From Isurus oxyrinchus (taxonomy: Eukaryota), in the NCBI GenBank assembly GCA_026770705.1, contig JANJGN010000071.1, positions 1,116,001 to 1,180,000 of the forward strand: a DNA stretch of 64,000 bases, given 5' to 3'. The notes beneath the pieces are model-generated. The model was not told where the DNA came from. It searched no databases and worked only from the letters and a program-made list of their open reading frames with translations. The number at the start of each line of letters is the position of its first letter. Within the stretch, counting starts at the first letter, position 1. Positions 11,630-25,020 of this stretch are shown in pieces. The position numbers and the translations under genes were made by a program.

Positions 11630-12700
11630 ATCATAGCTGTAACGTAAACCGAGCTGAGGGGTGATGACACCTCCCACCTGAGTGAAGTATCTCCTCCTCA
11701 CTACACCTTCCACCCCTCACACTGCCTGTGTAATCTCCCGTCCCATCTCCAGCCTCTCTTTCCCCTCCAAAGTCCTTGAACGTGTTTCCATCTCCCGAAT
11801 CCGTTCCCATCTTTCCCGGAACTCCATGTTTGAATCCCTCCAATCAGGTTCCCACCCCAGCCACTGTGCTGAAACAGCTCTTATCAAGGTCACAAATGGC
11901 ATCCTGTGTGACTGTGACAAAGGTCAACTTTCCCTCCTCGTCCTTCTCGATCTGTCTGCAGCCTTTGACACGCTCGACCACACCATCCTCCTCCAACACC
12001 TCTCCACTGTCGTCCAGCTGGGTGGGACTGCTCTCCCCTGGCTCCATTCTTATCCATCTCATCGTAGCCAGAGAATCACTTGCAATGGCTTTGCAGCATC
12101 ATCTGAACAGTGTTAGTTTTCACCTGTCCACTGAGGATCCCCAGCTCTACCTCACCACCACCTCTCTCGACTCCTCCACTGCTGCTAAATTATCAGGCTG
12201 CTTATCCGACATCCAGTACTGGATGGGCAGAAATTCCCTCCAATTAAATATTGGAAAGACTGAAGCCATTGTCTTCATTCCCCACTCCAAACTCTGTTCC
12301 CTCGCTACCAACTCCATTCCTCTCCCTGGCAGCTCTCTGAGATTGAAGCCAATCTGTTCACAGCTTTGTTGTCCCATTTGATCCTGAGATGACCTTCCGG
12401 CCTCAATTTTGCGCCCTCACTAACACCGAGTATTTCCACCTCCGTAACATCGCATGACATCACCCTGTCTCAGCTCATCTGCTGCTGAAACCCTCATCCA
12501 CGCCTTCATTACCTCCAGACTCGACTGTTCCAACACACGCTCTACACTCCATAAACTTGAGGCCATCCAAAACTGCTGACCACGTCCTTACTCACACCAA
12601 GTCCCGTTCCCTTATCATCCGCTCTGCTCGATGACCGAGACTGGCCCCTGGTCAAGCAAAGTCTCAATGTCCAAATTTTTGAATATTTTTCCTCCCTATT
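11630..12700 (+). mobile_element. L2-type LINE reverse transcriptase fragment
   Basis: HCAETALIKV, LLVLLDLSAAFDTLDH, DPQLY and LQLNIGKTE motifs across frameshifted ORFs. Confidence 0.85.
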
Positions 12701-12739
12701 ACAGTAATCTCCTCCTTTATTTTCATCCACGGCAACATT

Positions 12740-13690
12740 CCCTATCTCAGGAGCCTCCTCCAGTCCCTACAACCCTCTCTATCTCAGGAGCCTCCTCCAG
12801 TCCCTACAACCCTCCCTATCTCAGGAGCCTCCTCCAGTCCCTACAACCCTCCCTATCTCAGGAGACTCCTCCAGTCCCTACAACCCTCCTATCTCAGTAC
12901 CCTCTTCCAATCCCGAAAACCATTCCTATCACTGCAAACTCCTCTGGACCCAACACCCCTCCCTATCTCTTTAACCTCCTCAAGCCCCGATAACCCTCGC
13001 GATATTTGTAGCCTCCTCCAGTCCTAACAACCTCCCCTATCTCTGCAACCTCCTCCAGACCGAATACCTCTCCCTATCTCTGTCAGCTGGTCCATCTCTT
13101 ACAACCCATCATATTTCTGTAACCTCCTCCAGCCCACTACAACCCTCCCTATCTCTGTAACCTCCTCCAGTCCCTAAGAGTTTCCTTTATCTCTGTAACC
13201 TCCTCCAGCCATTATAACCCTCCCTATCTCTGTAGCCTCCCTCAGCCCCAGCCACACTCCATATCTATGTAACCTCGTCCTGCCCCTACAAACCTCCCTA
13301 TTTCTGTAACCCCATCCTGCCCCAAAAACTCCCCCATCTCTGTAAACTCCTCCAGTCCCTGCAACCTTCCCTACCTCTGGAACCTCCACCAGCCTTTCCA
13401 ACCCTCCCTACCTCTGCAATCCGTCCAGCCCCTACAACTCTTCCTATCCCTGTAAACTCCTCCTGCCCCTAAAACCCTCTCTGCCCTTGCAGCCTCCTCC
13501 AGTCCCTACACGCTCCCCATCTCCATAAACTCCTCAAATCCCTATAGCCCTCCCTATCTCTGCAACCTCCTCCAGGTCCTACCACCCTCCCTATCTGCGT
13601 AACCTCCTCCAGTATCTACAGCCCTCCCTATCTCTGTAACCTCCTCCAGCCCCCACAAACCTCCCTATCTGTGTAACCTCCTCCAGCCCC
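12740..13690. repeat. 37-bp minisatellite (ccctacaaccctccctatctctgtaacctcctccagc)
   Basis: Degenerate tandem array directly after the L2 fragment. Confidence 0.9.
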
Positions 13691-13764
13691 TGATGGAAGG
13701 TGGGTCGAGCGGGTCAGTCACTTGCATGTTTATTCTGCAGCTTTAATATTTTAAGATGGTAAGA

Positions 13765-14535
13765 ATGTAGGAACATAAGAAATAGGGACAGGAGCAGGCC
13801 ATTCGGCCCCTCCAGCCTGCTCTACTGATCTGGTTGTGGCCTTAACTCCATTTTCCTGCCTGTTCCCCAAACCCTTGACTCCCTTGTCGATCAAAAACCT
13901 GCCTCACTCAGCCTTGAGTCTATTCAATGGCCCAGACTCCACTGCTCTCTGGGGAAGAGAATTCCACAGGCTAGCGCCCCTCTGAGAGAGGAAATTCCTC
14001 CTCATCTCAGTCTTGAATGGGAGAGCCCTCATTCCGAAACTGTGCTCCCTGGTTCTAGATTCCCCCACGAGGGGGAAACATCCTCCCAGCATCCACCCTG
14101 TCAAGCCCCCTCGGAATCAGATATGTTTCAATAAGGTCACCCCTCATTCTTCTAAACTCCAATGGATACAGGCCCAACCTGCTCAACATTTCCTCACAGG
14201 ACAAACCCTTTAATCCCAGGAATCAGCCCAGTGAAGCTTCTCTGTACTGCCTTCAATGCAACTCTATCCCTCCCTAAGTAAGGAGACCAGAACTGTACAC
14301 ACTGCTCCTGATACAATCTCACCCTGTGCAGCTGTTGCAAGTCTTCCCTCCTTTTATACTCCATCCCTTTGCAATAAAGGCCAACATTCCACTTGCCTTC
14401 CTCATTCCGTGGTGTTCCTGAATGCTGACTTTCTGTGATTCATGTACAAGGACACCCAGATCCCTCTGTACTGCATTCTGCAGCCTGTCTCCATTTAAAT
14501 AATATCCTGTTTTTCTATTCTTCCTGCCAAAATAA
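13765..14535 (-). mobile_element. CR1-type LINE 3' fragment
   Basis: RDLGVLVHES, KASGMLAFI, LWNSLPQRAVE on the minus strand. Confidence 0.8.
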
Positions 14536-14650
14536 TTTGTTGCCATTTTCCTCAGTATTGACCATCCCCCCAATTCAGCCTCATCTGTAAATTTGAGTCT
14601 AGTGGATCCACAAACCATCCAGAGTTAAATATTGATATTTCTCTCCCCAG

Positions 14651-15019
14651 CTGAACCCTCACAAGAGTGGAAAGGTGACACTCCACGAGAGGTGACAGCG
14701 CAGGAAGGTTCGTGTGTACAGATTCCATGTCATTACAGTTATCCATCGTGTCTGGAAAACCAAACGCGAGGTGGAGTCTGGTTTAATAATGAGGAACAGA
14801 TTCCCTGGGCTCCCATTGCCTTTCACTCCAAGGATCACAGTCACGAGTTACCACGGTTCCACCATCGGACCCGGCTGTCTGGAGACCTGAAAGATGGCGA
14901 CTGTTCCCTGATTATAAACAACATCAGACGGGAAGATGCAGGACCTTATTATTTCAGGATAGAATTTGGCAATGGTCCGAGCCATAACTATTACCCTGTA
15001 ACCCAGCTTCACGTTTCTG
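14651..15019 (+). CDS. Gene B V-set exon 2 (Siglec-type; essential Arg retained)
   Basis: Phase 1/1 splice sites; GSCVQIPCHYSYP...GDCSLIINNIRREDAGPYYFRIEF; Arg codon AGG at 14956-14958. Confidence 0.9.
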
Positions 15020-15832
15020 GTAAGTGCTGTGTTATAATTACTCAACAATTCACATCCAACACTCAATGGGAAATAACACAAACTGTGACGTTTACATATT
15101 AACACAAAACACAGCTTATTATAACACACTGTCTGATTCTCAATAACCTGCTAATAGCTTCCAGTTCAGTCCTAAAACAACCTCTAATACTCACTTTAAT
15201 ATCAATGATTAAATGTATTGACTGTGTCCATCAATGTTATCAGGTTATCCACTTACATCAATCTCCCTAATCCTGTTTAAAATTCTTACATATCAACAAA
15301 AGAAAGATTTGCATTTCTATAGCGCCTTTCACCACCTCTGGACGTCGCAAATGGATTCACAACCATTGAAATAATTCTTGAAATGTAGCCCTTGTTGTAA
15401 TATAGGAAACACAGCAGCCAATTTGTGCACAGGAAGCTCCCAGAAACAGCAATGTGATCAATAACCTGATCGTCTGCTTTAAATGCCTGTTCAGTGATTG
15501 GTTCAAATGGTTTCTCTCCTGGTGGCGACAGGATAGAATTTAAATCTGGCAGATTTCAGAGAAAGTAACAAGCCAGTGTGTCAGGAACTGTGAGCTGCTC
15601 CCCCGCCCTCACCTGGGATTGTCAATTCAATTGTCTCAAAGTGGAAGTGAATTCATCTGAGAGACAGAAAGTCCACTAAGTCTGAAAATAGGAAATTCTC
15701 TCCTGATCATTGTAACCTCTCAGATCTGATATCATCCTTGTAAAAGTGCTTTCTCTTGTGGGACTGTGATTTCTATTTGAACTGATGCTTCACGTTATAT
15801 TTCTCTAAAAGGATCCATTCCCTGTCTGTTAG

Positions 15833-16129
15833 ATTTCACAGATAAACCCACGATATTGCCTGCTGAAATTATTGCAGGAAAGCGTGTGGATGTAAGCTGC
15901 ACCTTCAACACAACGTGCAATGGAACAGCAGCACCTGTCTTAACCTGGGACACTCCCACTGACGTACCTGGATCAGTCTCAAACACTGTAACTCAGCATG
16001 GTGTCACTCTGACCTATACTTCTGTTCTGACCCTGATCCCATCACTCAAACACCACGGACACACTCTCAGCTGCAGAGTGAGATATCCATCTGTTTCATC
16101 GGAGCAGACCCTTATGCTAACTGTAAAAT
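15833..16129 (+). CDS. Gene B C2-set domain (Siglec domain-2 type)
   Basis: FTDKPTILPAEIIAGKRVDVSCTFNTTCNGTAAPVLTW...LSCRVRY; extra Cys typical of the Siglec V-C2 interdomain disulfide; ag/gt phase 1/1. Confidence 0.9.
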
Positions 16130-16489
16130 GTAAGTATGGATTCCCTTCATTCTATATTAGCTGTAATAGGATACAATGTGCAGAGCAAGATCCCACAAAC
16201 ATCACTTGAAGACAAAACATGTCCTTTTTTATTAGTGATATTGACCAGGGAGAGCTCTTCCTGTATTGAGCCTTGGGATTGTTTATGCCTACCTGATAGT
16301 GCAGAGGGGGCCAAGGTTGAACTTAAAAGACAATATAGGATAATATAAATATTGTCTTCATTGACGTCAAAGATTTTGGGGGAGATGTAGTATAAAAGTT
16401 TTATATTAACAATGTAAATAGATAGTATTTATCATCAGTTACTCAAGGTCACATGAGAATAGAACACGGAGAGAGATAGTTCTATAGAT

Positions 16490-18560
16490 ACCTAGGTACA
16501 TAGAAACTAGGAGCAGGATTAGGACATTCAGCCCTTCAAGCCTTCTCCGCCATTCAATATGATCAAGGCTGACCCTCTATCTCAAAGCCTTATTCCCGCT
16601 TTCTCTCCGTACCCTTTGATGCCCCTAATATCAAAATATTTATCAGTTTCTTTCTTGAATACACTCAGTGACCCGGCCTCCACAGCCTCTGTGATGGAGA
16701 ATTCCACAGATTGACCACCCTCTGAGTGAAGAAATGTTTCCCTATCTCAGTCCAAAATGGCCTGCCCTGTATCCTGAGATTGTCGCCCTTGGTTTTAGAC
16801 TCCCCAACCAGGGGATGCATCCTCCCTCCATCCAGTCTGTCTATCTCTGTTAGAATTTCTTACGTTTATTCAGGTCTCCTCTCATTCTTCTAAACTCTAG
16901 TGAATACAGACCCAGTCGTACCAATTCTCCTCATACGACAGTCCTGCCGCCCCTGGTATCAGCCTAGAGAACCTTCTCTGCACTCTCTCGACGGCAAGTC
17001 TATCCTTTTTTAGGGAGGGAGACCAAAACGGCACATAGTACCCCATGTGCAGTCTCACCAAGACCTTGTATAACTGCAGTGAGACATCCCTACTCCTGAA
17101 CACAAATCCTCTTGCAATGAAGGCCAACATACCATTTGCCTTCCGAATTACTTGCTGCACCTGCCTGTTTACTTTCATTGGCTAGTGCACAAGGACACCC
17201 AGATCCCTTTGTACATCCACATTTCGCAATATATCACCATTTAAATAATACTCTGCCTTTCTATTTTTCACACCAAAGCCTACAATGTCACATTCATCCA
17301 CATCATCTGCCATGTGTTTGCCCACACACACAACTTGTCTAAATCGCCTTGAAGCCTCTTTGCATCCTTCTCACAGCTCACACCCTTACCCAGCGTTGTG
17401 TCATCAGAAAACCTGGAAATATTGCACTTGGCTCCCTCACCCAAGTCATTTAAATATATCGTGAATCGTTAGGTCCCAAGCACGGATCCCTGTGGTATAC
17501 CACTAGTCACCGCCTGCCACTCAGATAAAGACTAATTTATTCTGACCCTCTGTTTCCTGTCTATCAACCAATTCTCAATCCATGCCAGTAAATTACCCCC
17601 AATCCCATGGGCTTTAATGTTGCCCACTAGCCTCTTATGTGGGACCTTATCAAAAGCCTTCTTGAAATCTAAAAACACCACATCCACTGGTTATCCCTTA
17701 TCTATTCCACAAGTTACATCCTCAAAATCTCCAGTAGATTAGTTAAGCATGATTTTCCTTTCATTAACCCATGCTGACTTTGTCTAATCCCATTAATGCT
17801 TTCCAAGCGTTCCGTTAGCACACCTTATATAATAGGCTCTAGCGTTTTCCCCATGTTAGACTAACTGGTCTGTAATTCCCAGTTTTTTTCTCTCCCTTCT
17901 ATTTTAAATAGTGGGGTTACAATTGCCACCCTCCAATCTATAGGAACTGCTCCAGAGCCTATAGAATTTTGGAGGATGACCACCAGTGCTTCCAATATTT
18001 CCAGGGTCACTTCCGTTAGTCTCTGGGATGTAGATTTTCAGGCCCTGGGGACTGTTCAACCTTTAACCCATTAATTTCTCCAGCTCCATTTTTTAAAACT
18101 AATCCTGATTATCTTCAATTCCTCCCTCTCACTAGACACTTGGTTCCCTAACATTCCTGGGAAATTATTTGTGTCCTCTTTTGTGAAGACAGAACCAAAA
18201 TATATGTTCAGTTCTTCTGCCATTTCTTTGTTTCTCATTAGAATTTCCCCCATTTCTGACTGCAAGGAACCTACATCGGTCACTGCTAATCTTTCTCTCT
18301 TCACATATTTATAGAAGCTTTTACAGTCGGTTTTTACGTTCCCTGCAAGTTTACTCCCATGTTCCATTTTCCCCTTCTTGATCAATCTTTTTGTCCACTT
18401 TTGCTGAATTCTAAACTGCTCCCAATCCTCAGCATTGCTGCTTCCCCTGGCAATTTTATGTCTCCTCTCTGGATCTAATACTATCCCTAATTTCTTTTGT
18501 AAGCCCTGGTTGAGCACCATTTCCTGACTTATTTTTACGCCAGACAGAAATGGATAATTG
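16490..18560 (-). mobile_element. CR1-type LINE ORF2 fragment
   Basis: ORFs 18071-18520 (KSFYKYVKR, MAEELNIYFGSVFTKE) and 16897-17178 (LYKVLVRLHMGY). Confidence 0.85.
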
Positions 18561-18684
18561 TTGTAGCAAATGCTTCAGCCTTATCTTTTGCCCTGATGTG
18601 CTGGGCTCCCCGTTCATTGAGGATGGGGATATTTGTGGATTCCCCTCCTCCAGTGAGCTAATTGTCCGTTACCATTGGATACGA

Positions 18685-19680
18685 GCATTAGTGGACTGTG
18701 TTAGACCATTATCGAAAATGAAAGCCGGACTCCAGTATGGCCTCACTATGATGGATATGACAACTCGATTTCCAGAGACCATCCCTTTAGGAACAATTAC
18801 AGCTAAAGTAGTAATAGGGAAGTTAACCCAATTTTTTACCCATTATGGATTACCGCTGGAGATCCAGTCAGATCAAGGTTCCATCTCTATGTCTTAAAAT
18901 TTTCCGAACATAATGAGTAATTTGGGTATAAAACAGTTAAAGTCCACAGCATATCATCCATAGACACGGGGATCTTTAGAGAGGGACCAACAAACCCTCA
19001 AAACAATGATTGAAGCTATTGTCATGAACTCCCCATGACTGGGACAAAGGACTGGATTTTCTTGCATTTCCCACACGAGATTCACCAACTGAATCGGCAG
19101 GTTTTAGTCTTTTTGGAATAACTTATGGACACGAGATAAGAGGCTGTCTGAAATTCATCAAAGAAAGATATTCCGGACAGAGGGATGAATCCTCTATTTC
19201 AGATGATGTGTCCATGTTTCAGGAACGGCTCATGGGAGCCTCCAAAGTGGCACAAGAACATCTTATAGTTTCTCAAACAGAGATGAAGGAATGGGGTAGA
19301 CAGGCAAGCTGTGACCCGAACATCTCAACCAGGGGGATGACGTGTTAGTATCATTGCCTTGGCAGGGGGAGCCTCTGAAAGCGCGGTTCAGTGGTCCCCA
19401 CAAGGTAATTAGGAGGGTTGGTCAAGTAAATTATTTGATAGACACCCCAGATTGTAGAATAAAGAATCGGCTGTGACACATCAATATGTTAAAACGATAC
19501 CATCGTAGGGAGGGAGGTAAAAAGGAGCAGGTATTTCATTTCCAACCAGATTCTGCATACATTACAGAAAGGTTAATGCAGCAATAAAACCAGATTCCTA
19601 CCCAATCCCCCGTTTAGAAGATGGTATTGATGGGGTTGGCAGTGCCATGTTCCTTACTGAGATAAATTTGTTGGCAGTGG
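18685..19680 (+). mobile_element. Gypsy integrase fragment (degenerate)
   Basis: TTRFPETIPL...YGLPLEIQSDQGS; downstream GPY/F-like GPHKVIRRVGQVNYLI; stops and frameshifts. Confidence 0.75.
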
Positions 19681-20651
19681 GGGGTGTTCGTGACCATCAG
19701 TGTGGAAGGGTTAGGTTTACAGGTTACACAGACCACACACGCACCAACAGACACACACACACATGNNNNNNNNNNNNNNNNNNNNNNNNNNNNNNNNNNN
19801 NNNNNNNNNNNNNNNNNNNNNNNNNNNNNNNNNNNNNNNNNNNNNNNNNNNNNNNNNNNNNNNNNNNNNNNNNNNNNNNNNNNNNNNNNNNNNNNNNNNN
19901 NNNNNNNNNNNNNNNNNNNNNNNNNNNNNNNNNNNNNCACATGCACACGCGCACACAGACAACACACACGCACACACAACNNNNNNNNNNNNNNNNNNNN
20001 NNNNNNNNNNNNNNNNNNNNNNNNNNNNNNNNNNNNNNNNNNNNNNNNNNNNNNNNNNNNNNNNNNNNNNNNNNNNNNNNNNNNNNNNNNNNNNNNNNNN
20101 NNNNNNNNNNNNNNNNNNNNNNNNNNNNNNNNNNNNNNNNNNNNNNNNNNNNNNNNNNNNNNNNNNNNNNNNNNNNNNNNNNNNNNNNNNNNNNNNNNNN
20201 NNNNNNNNNNNNNNNNNNNNNNNNNNNNNNNNNNNNNNNNTCAGTGCTGCACTGGAGTCTCGGTGTCAGCTCCGATTCTGTGCTGAAGGAAGGTAAACTC
20301 CAGATCAACAAGACCCTGAATTGGATGAGCAAAATCCTTAACAGAGAATTGTAGATTTACCCCTCAGTGCTCCATCGATTAAATATAATTCATTGCCTGT
20401 CAAGCCCTTGGGGACATCCTGAGGATGTGAAAGGGAGTTTCTTTAAATCCGGATGGGCAGGGTCTCTGGTGGGAGAATGCTCCTGCAGTGTGACAGTTTA
20501 CATAGGCAGTGCCCATTGTAAATGTGACATAGGAACTTATCTTGAGGGAAGGTGCCTAGAAATGCACACAGGCATCAGATACAGAGACATGATGCATGGA
20601 GTCTTGCTGTGCACAGTGCTTGCTCACATTAAATACTTGATTTGTTCTTAG

Positions 20652-20933
20652 ATGCTCCACAGAATCTCTCATTTACTTCTCTTGATATGATTAACGCTTC
20701 ATCGGTCAATATAATTGAGGGGAATTCTGCAGTGATAATCTGCTCTGTCGAGAGCTTCCCAGCTTCTAACCTGACGTGGCGACATCTTAATGTCCCAATG
20801 AACAGAACAAGTTCCAACAATGAGCTGTGGTTGGTGATTCCTCACGTTACATCCAGGGACACTGGAGACTATCTGTGTGTGGCAGAGAATGAACATGGAG
20901 CAGTGGAGGGGTTCATAACCATCACTGTGGAAC
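20652..20933 (+). CDS. Gene B Ig C2 exon (copy a of tandem pair)
   Basis: APQNLSF...CSVESFPASNLTW...DTGDYLCVAENEHG; 282 nt, phase 1/1. Confidence 0.9.
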
Positions 20934-21869
20934 GTGANNNNNNNNNNNNNNNNNNNNNNNNNNNNNNNNNNNNNNNNNNNNNNNNNNNNNNNNNNNNNNN
21001 NNNNNNNNNNNNNNNNNNNNNNNNNNNNNNNNNNNNNNNNNNNNNNNNNNNNNNNNNNNNNNNNNNNNNNNNNNNNNNNNNNNNNCCTGTCTCAGTGCTG
21101 CACTCGAGTCTCGGTAGCAGCTCTGATTCTGTGTTGAAGGAAGGTAAACTCCAGATCATCAAGACACTGAATTGGATGGAGCAACCTCCTGAACAGTGAA
21201 TTGTAGGTTTATCACCCAATACCCCATTATTCCAAAGCAATTCCTCCATGGTGAAATCTCCGTGAACATCCTGATCATGTGAAAGACACTTTCTTTTCTT
21301 CTAGCCTGACAGTGTCTCCTCTGGTGGAAGGCTGTAATTACAGCGTGACAGTTTACATATCCACACGCAGCAAGAGCTGAATAACACTCAGCTTGGGCTG
21401 AGAAATGACAAGTAATGTTCACACCACACAAGCACCAGGCAGTGATCATCTCCAACAAGAGAGAATCTAACCATCTCTCCTTGATATTCAATGACTTTCC
21501 CATCGCTGAATCCCCCACAATCCACATCCTGGGGGATGTTACCCAAACAACTAACTGGACCGGCCATAAATACTGTGGCTACAGGAGCCGGTCAGAGGCT
21601 GGGAATCCTCTGGAGGTGAAAAACTCACCACCACCTCCTCAAGGGCAATTAGGGATGGGTAATAAATGCTGGTCTAGATAGATACATCCACTTCCCATGA
21701 ATATGCAAAAAGGAACACACTGGCAGTGAATGTTACAAATGGTGACAGAGAAAATTATAATGGGGAAAGAAGCCTTGACATGCACATAGACACCAGATGG
21801 AGAGAGATGATACCTGGAGTCTTGCTGTGCACTGTGTTTGCTCACAATGAAACCTTTATTTGTATTTAG

Positions 21870-22151
21870 ATGCACCACGGAACCCATCAATTACTTCTCT
21901 TGATATGATTAACGCTTCATCGATCAATATAATTGAGGGGAATTCTGCAGTGATAATCTGCTCTGTCGAGAGCTTCCCAGCTTCTAACCTGACGTGGCGA
22001 CATCTTAATGTCCCAATGAACAGAACAAGTTCCAACAATGAGCTGTGGTTGGTGATTCCTCACGTTACATCCAGGGACACTGGAGACTATCAGTGTGTGG
22101 CAGAGAATGAACATGGAGCAGTGGAGGGGTTCATAACCATCACTGTGGAAT
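21870..22151 (+). CDS. Gene B Ig C2 exon (copy b of tandem pair)
   Basis: APRNPSI...DTGDYQCVAENEHG; 282 nt, phase 1/1; near-identical to 20652-20933. Confidence 0.9.
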
Positions 22152-22199
22152 GTGAGTGTGGAGATACATTTGTTTGTTTGTTGTCTCCGTGGTCTCCGT

Positions 22200-22480
22200 G
22201 GAGCCATTGGGATCGTGTTGTTTTTAATCCAGTTTTCTTCAATCCTCGCTCAGTCCACGTTATCCACACACCCAATTTTTCCTCTCCCTTTCTGTTTTTG
22301 CTCTCAGTTTCTCCTTCAATGGTTGTGAGGACAAGGCTGTCAGGTCTTCGTTTCCAATCTCCGTACTTGATGAACTTTCTCTCTCTAACTGTCCTGAACA
22401 ACCCTTTTAATTGCTGAACGTCTCCTCTTGATCTAAGCCACTCATTGGTCTTTCTGTCCATCCAGCTGATTCTGAGCATC
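22200..22480 (-). mobile_element. RTE-like LINE 3' fragment
   Basis: MLRISWMDRKTNEWL motif on the minus strand. Confidence 0.55.
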
Positions 22481-23700
22481 TGGCAGCATCTGTGGAGAGA
22501 AAGACAGGGTTAGCGTTTGGAGTCCGTAAGACTCCTCTTCAGAGCTAAAGGGAAGTAGACATGTGGTGAAATATATCCTGTCTAAGGGGGGGCGATGGGA
22601 CAGGTGGAGCTGGATAGAAAACCAGCGATAGGTGGAGGCAATGGAGAGATTGTGGAAGATGTCATAAACAAAAGGTCAAAGGGTTGTTAACAGTGGTGGT
22701 ATTGGATAAAGGAGGTGCTAATGGTGACATTAAGCAGAGTGTGATAATGGGCGGACCAGGGTAAGCACTCTGGAAAGAGACAGATGGCCCTCGTGGGGGT
22801 GTGGCAGGGGGAGGGGACAGTGGAGGGAATAAAGATCAAAAATAGACTAAAATCTGTGGATAAAACAATCAATAAAAATGGAAATGAATTTCAAGTAATA
22901 ATAACAAAAATAAGTGGAAAAAAATTAACAAATAAAACAATTAAAATGTATATATTAAAAAATCGGGTCAAAAAGCAGTGAAGATCGAGGAGAGAGTTCA
23001 TGATCTGAAATTGTTGAACTCAATATTCAGTCGGGAAGGCTGTAAAGTGCCAGGTCGGAAGATGAGGTGTTGTTCCTCCAGTTTGTGTTGGGCTTCACTG
23101 GAACAATGCAGCAGGCCAAGGACGGACATGTGGGCATGAGAGCAGGGTGGGGTGTTAAAATGGCAAGCGACAGGGAGGTCTGGGTCGTTCTTGCAGACAG
23201 ACTGAAGGTATTCTGAAAAGTGGTCACCCAGTCTGTGTTTGGTGTCTCCAATGTAGAGGAAACCGCACTGGGAGCAGTGAATGCAGTAGATTAAATTGAA
23301 GGAAGTCTGCATGAAGCGCTGCTTCACCTGGAAGGAGTGTTTGGGTCATTGGACAGTGAGGGGGGAGGAAGTAAAGGGGCAGGTGTTGCACCTTCTGTAA
23401 ATACATGGGAAGATGTCATCGGAGAGGGTTGAGGTGCTAGGGGTGATGGAGGAGTGGACCAGGATGACCTCGAGGGAATGATCCCTATGGAATGCCAACA
23501 TGGGGGAGGTGGGGGGGGGCGGATGTGGTGAAGGGAAGATGTGTTTGGTGGTGGCATCATGCTGGAGTTGGCGGAAATGGCGGAGAATGATCCTTTGAAT
23601 GAGGAGGCTGGTGGGGTGAAAAGTGAAGACAGGAGGGACCCTTACATTGCTCTGGGAGGGAGAGGAATTTGCAAGGGGGGATGCACGGGAGATACACAAT
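22480..23700 (-). mobile_element. Penelope-like element fragment (GIY-YIG endonuclease)
   Basis: NLIYCIHCSQCGFLYIGDTKHRL...PVACHFN; degenerate hammerhead-like core (rc CTGAAGA-GGAGTC...GACTCC-AAAC) near 22515-22542. Confidence 0.8.
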
Positions 23701-24021
23701 CTCCAACTCTTTCTCAACCATTAAGATGCTCCTTAAAACCATTAAGACACACCGTTAAAACCTCCTGCTTTCAGCGAGCTTTTGCTCACCTCTCCTAATA
23801 TCTCCTAATGTGACTCGGGGTCAGATTTTGTCCGAAGGAGGTGAGAAATGATGGAGGGAATTCCAGAGGTTAGGGTCCAGGCAGCTTAAGGCACGGCCGC
23901 CAATGGTGGAGAGATGGGAATGGGAGAATGTGCAAGGGGTCGGAATTGGAGGAGCACAGAGATTTCGGAGAGCTGTGGGGTGTGGGGATTATCTGCTGAT
24001 TGTTCTCTGTCTTTGTTCCAG

Positions 24022-24297
24022 ATCCCCCACAGGAGACGATGGTGTCCATCAGCAGATCCTCAGGTGGGATAAGAGAGGGAAGCAATATCACATTAACCTG
24101 CTCCAGTGAAAGTGTCCCACCGATATCTCATTACACCTGGTTCAGGATCGAGGGGAACACCAGCACCCAGTTAAATACAAGTAGCCGCACTCTCTCCTTC
24201 ACTCCTGTAACACGGGAGAATGATGCAGGTTTCTACTGCACAGCGAGGAACCCAATGGGTAACAGCACCTCCAACATCACACACCTGAACGTACAAT
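24022..24297 (+). CDS. Gene B Ig C2 exon
   Basis: PPQETMVSI...EGSNITLTCSSESVPPISHYTWF...DAGFYCTARNPMG; phase 1/1. Confidence 0.9.
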
Positions 24298-24649
24298 GTA
24301 AGCATTTTACTCCCCCTGTCTCTGCTTAAAACTCAAACACTTTCTGTCTGAGGGCAGCTTCCTTGCTGTTGTTTAGCATAACTAGCATCACCTCCCTGCT
24401 TTTTTCACCCTGCGCCTCTCCGAGATACATAAGGAGATATTAGAACAGGGACTGAAAGCTCAGAGAAAGAGGCCAGATTTTAAGGAGTGTCTGAAATGAG
24501 GAGAGAGATAGACATGGAGAGGTTTACGGTGGGAATTCTAGTACTCGGGGCCCAGGCAGCTGAAGGCACGGCCGCCAATGGTGGAGCGATAGGAATCGGG
24601 GGATGGTCAAGAGGCCGGAATTGGAGGAACGCAGAGACCTCGGAGGGAT

Positions 24650-25020
24650 GTAGATGCTGGAGGAGGTTACAGAGATAGGGAGGGTTGTGGGGTCTGGAGG
24701 AGGTTACAGAGATAGGGAGGGTTGTGATGGCTGGAGGAGGTAACAGAGATAGGGAGGGTTATAGGGGCTGGAGGAGGTAACAGAGATAGGGAGGGTTGTG
24801 ATGGCTGGAGGAGGTAACAGAGATAGGGAGGGTTATAGGGGCTGGAGGAGGTAACAGAGATAGGGAGGGTTGTAGATGCTGGAGGAGGTAACAGAGATAG
24901 GGAGGGTTGTGGGGTCTGGAGGAGGTTACAGAGATAGGGAGGGTTGAAGGGGCTGGAGGAGGTTACAGAGATAGGGAGGGTTGTAGATGCTGGAGGAGGT
25001 AACAGAGATAGGGAGGGAGT
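24650..25020. repeat. 37-bp minisatellite inside an L2-like fragment (reverse orientation)
   Basis: Tandem gctggaggaggttacagagatagggagggttgtaggg units. Confidence 0.9.

Noticed and set aside
11084-15019. Rearranging Ig/TCR/IgNAR V segments
   Set aside because: The exons include the G strand and end in splice donors; no recombination signal sequences; Cys pattern is Siglec-type (B-E disulfide, no F-strand Cys)
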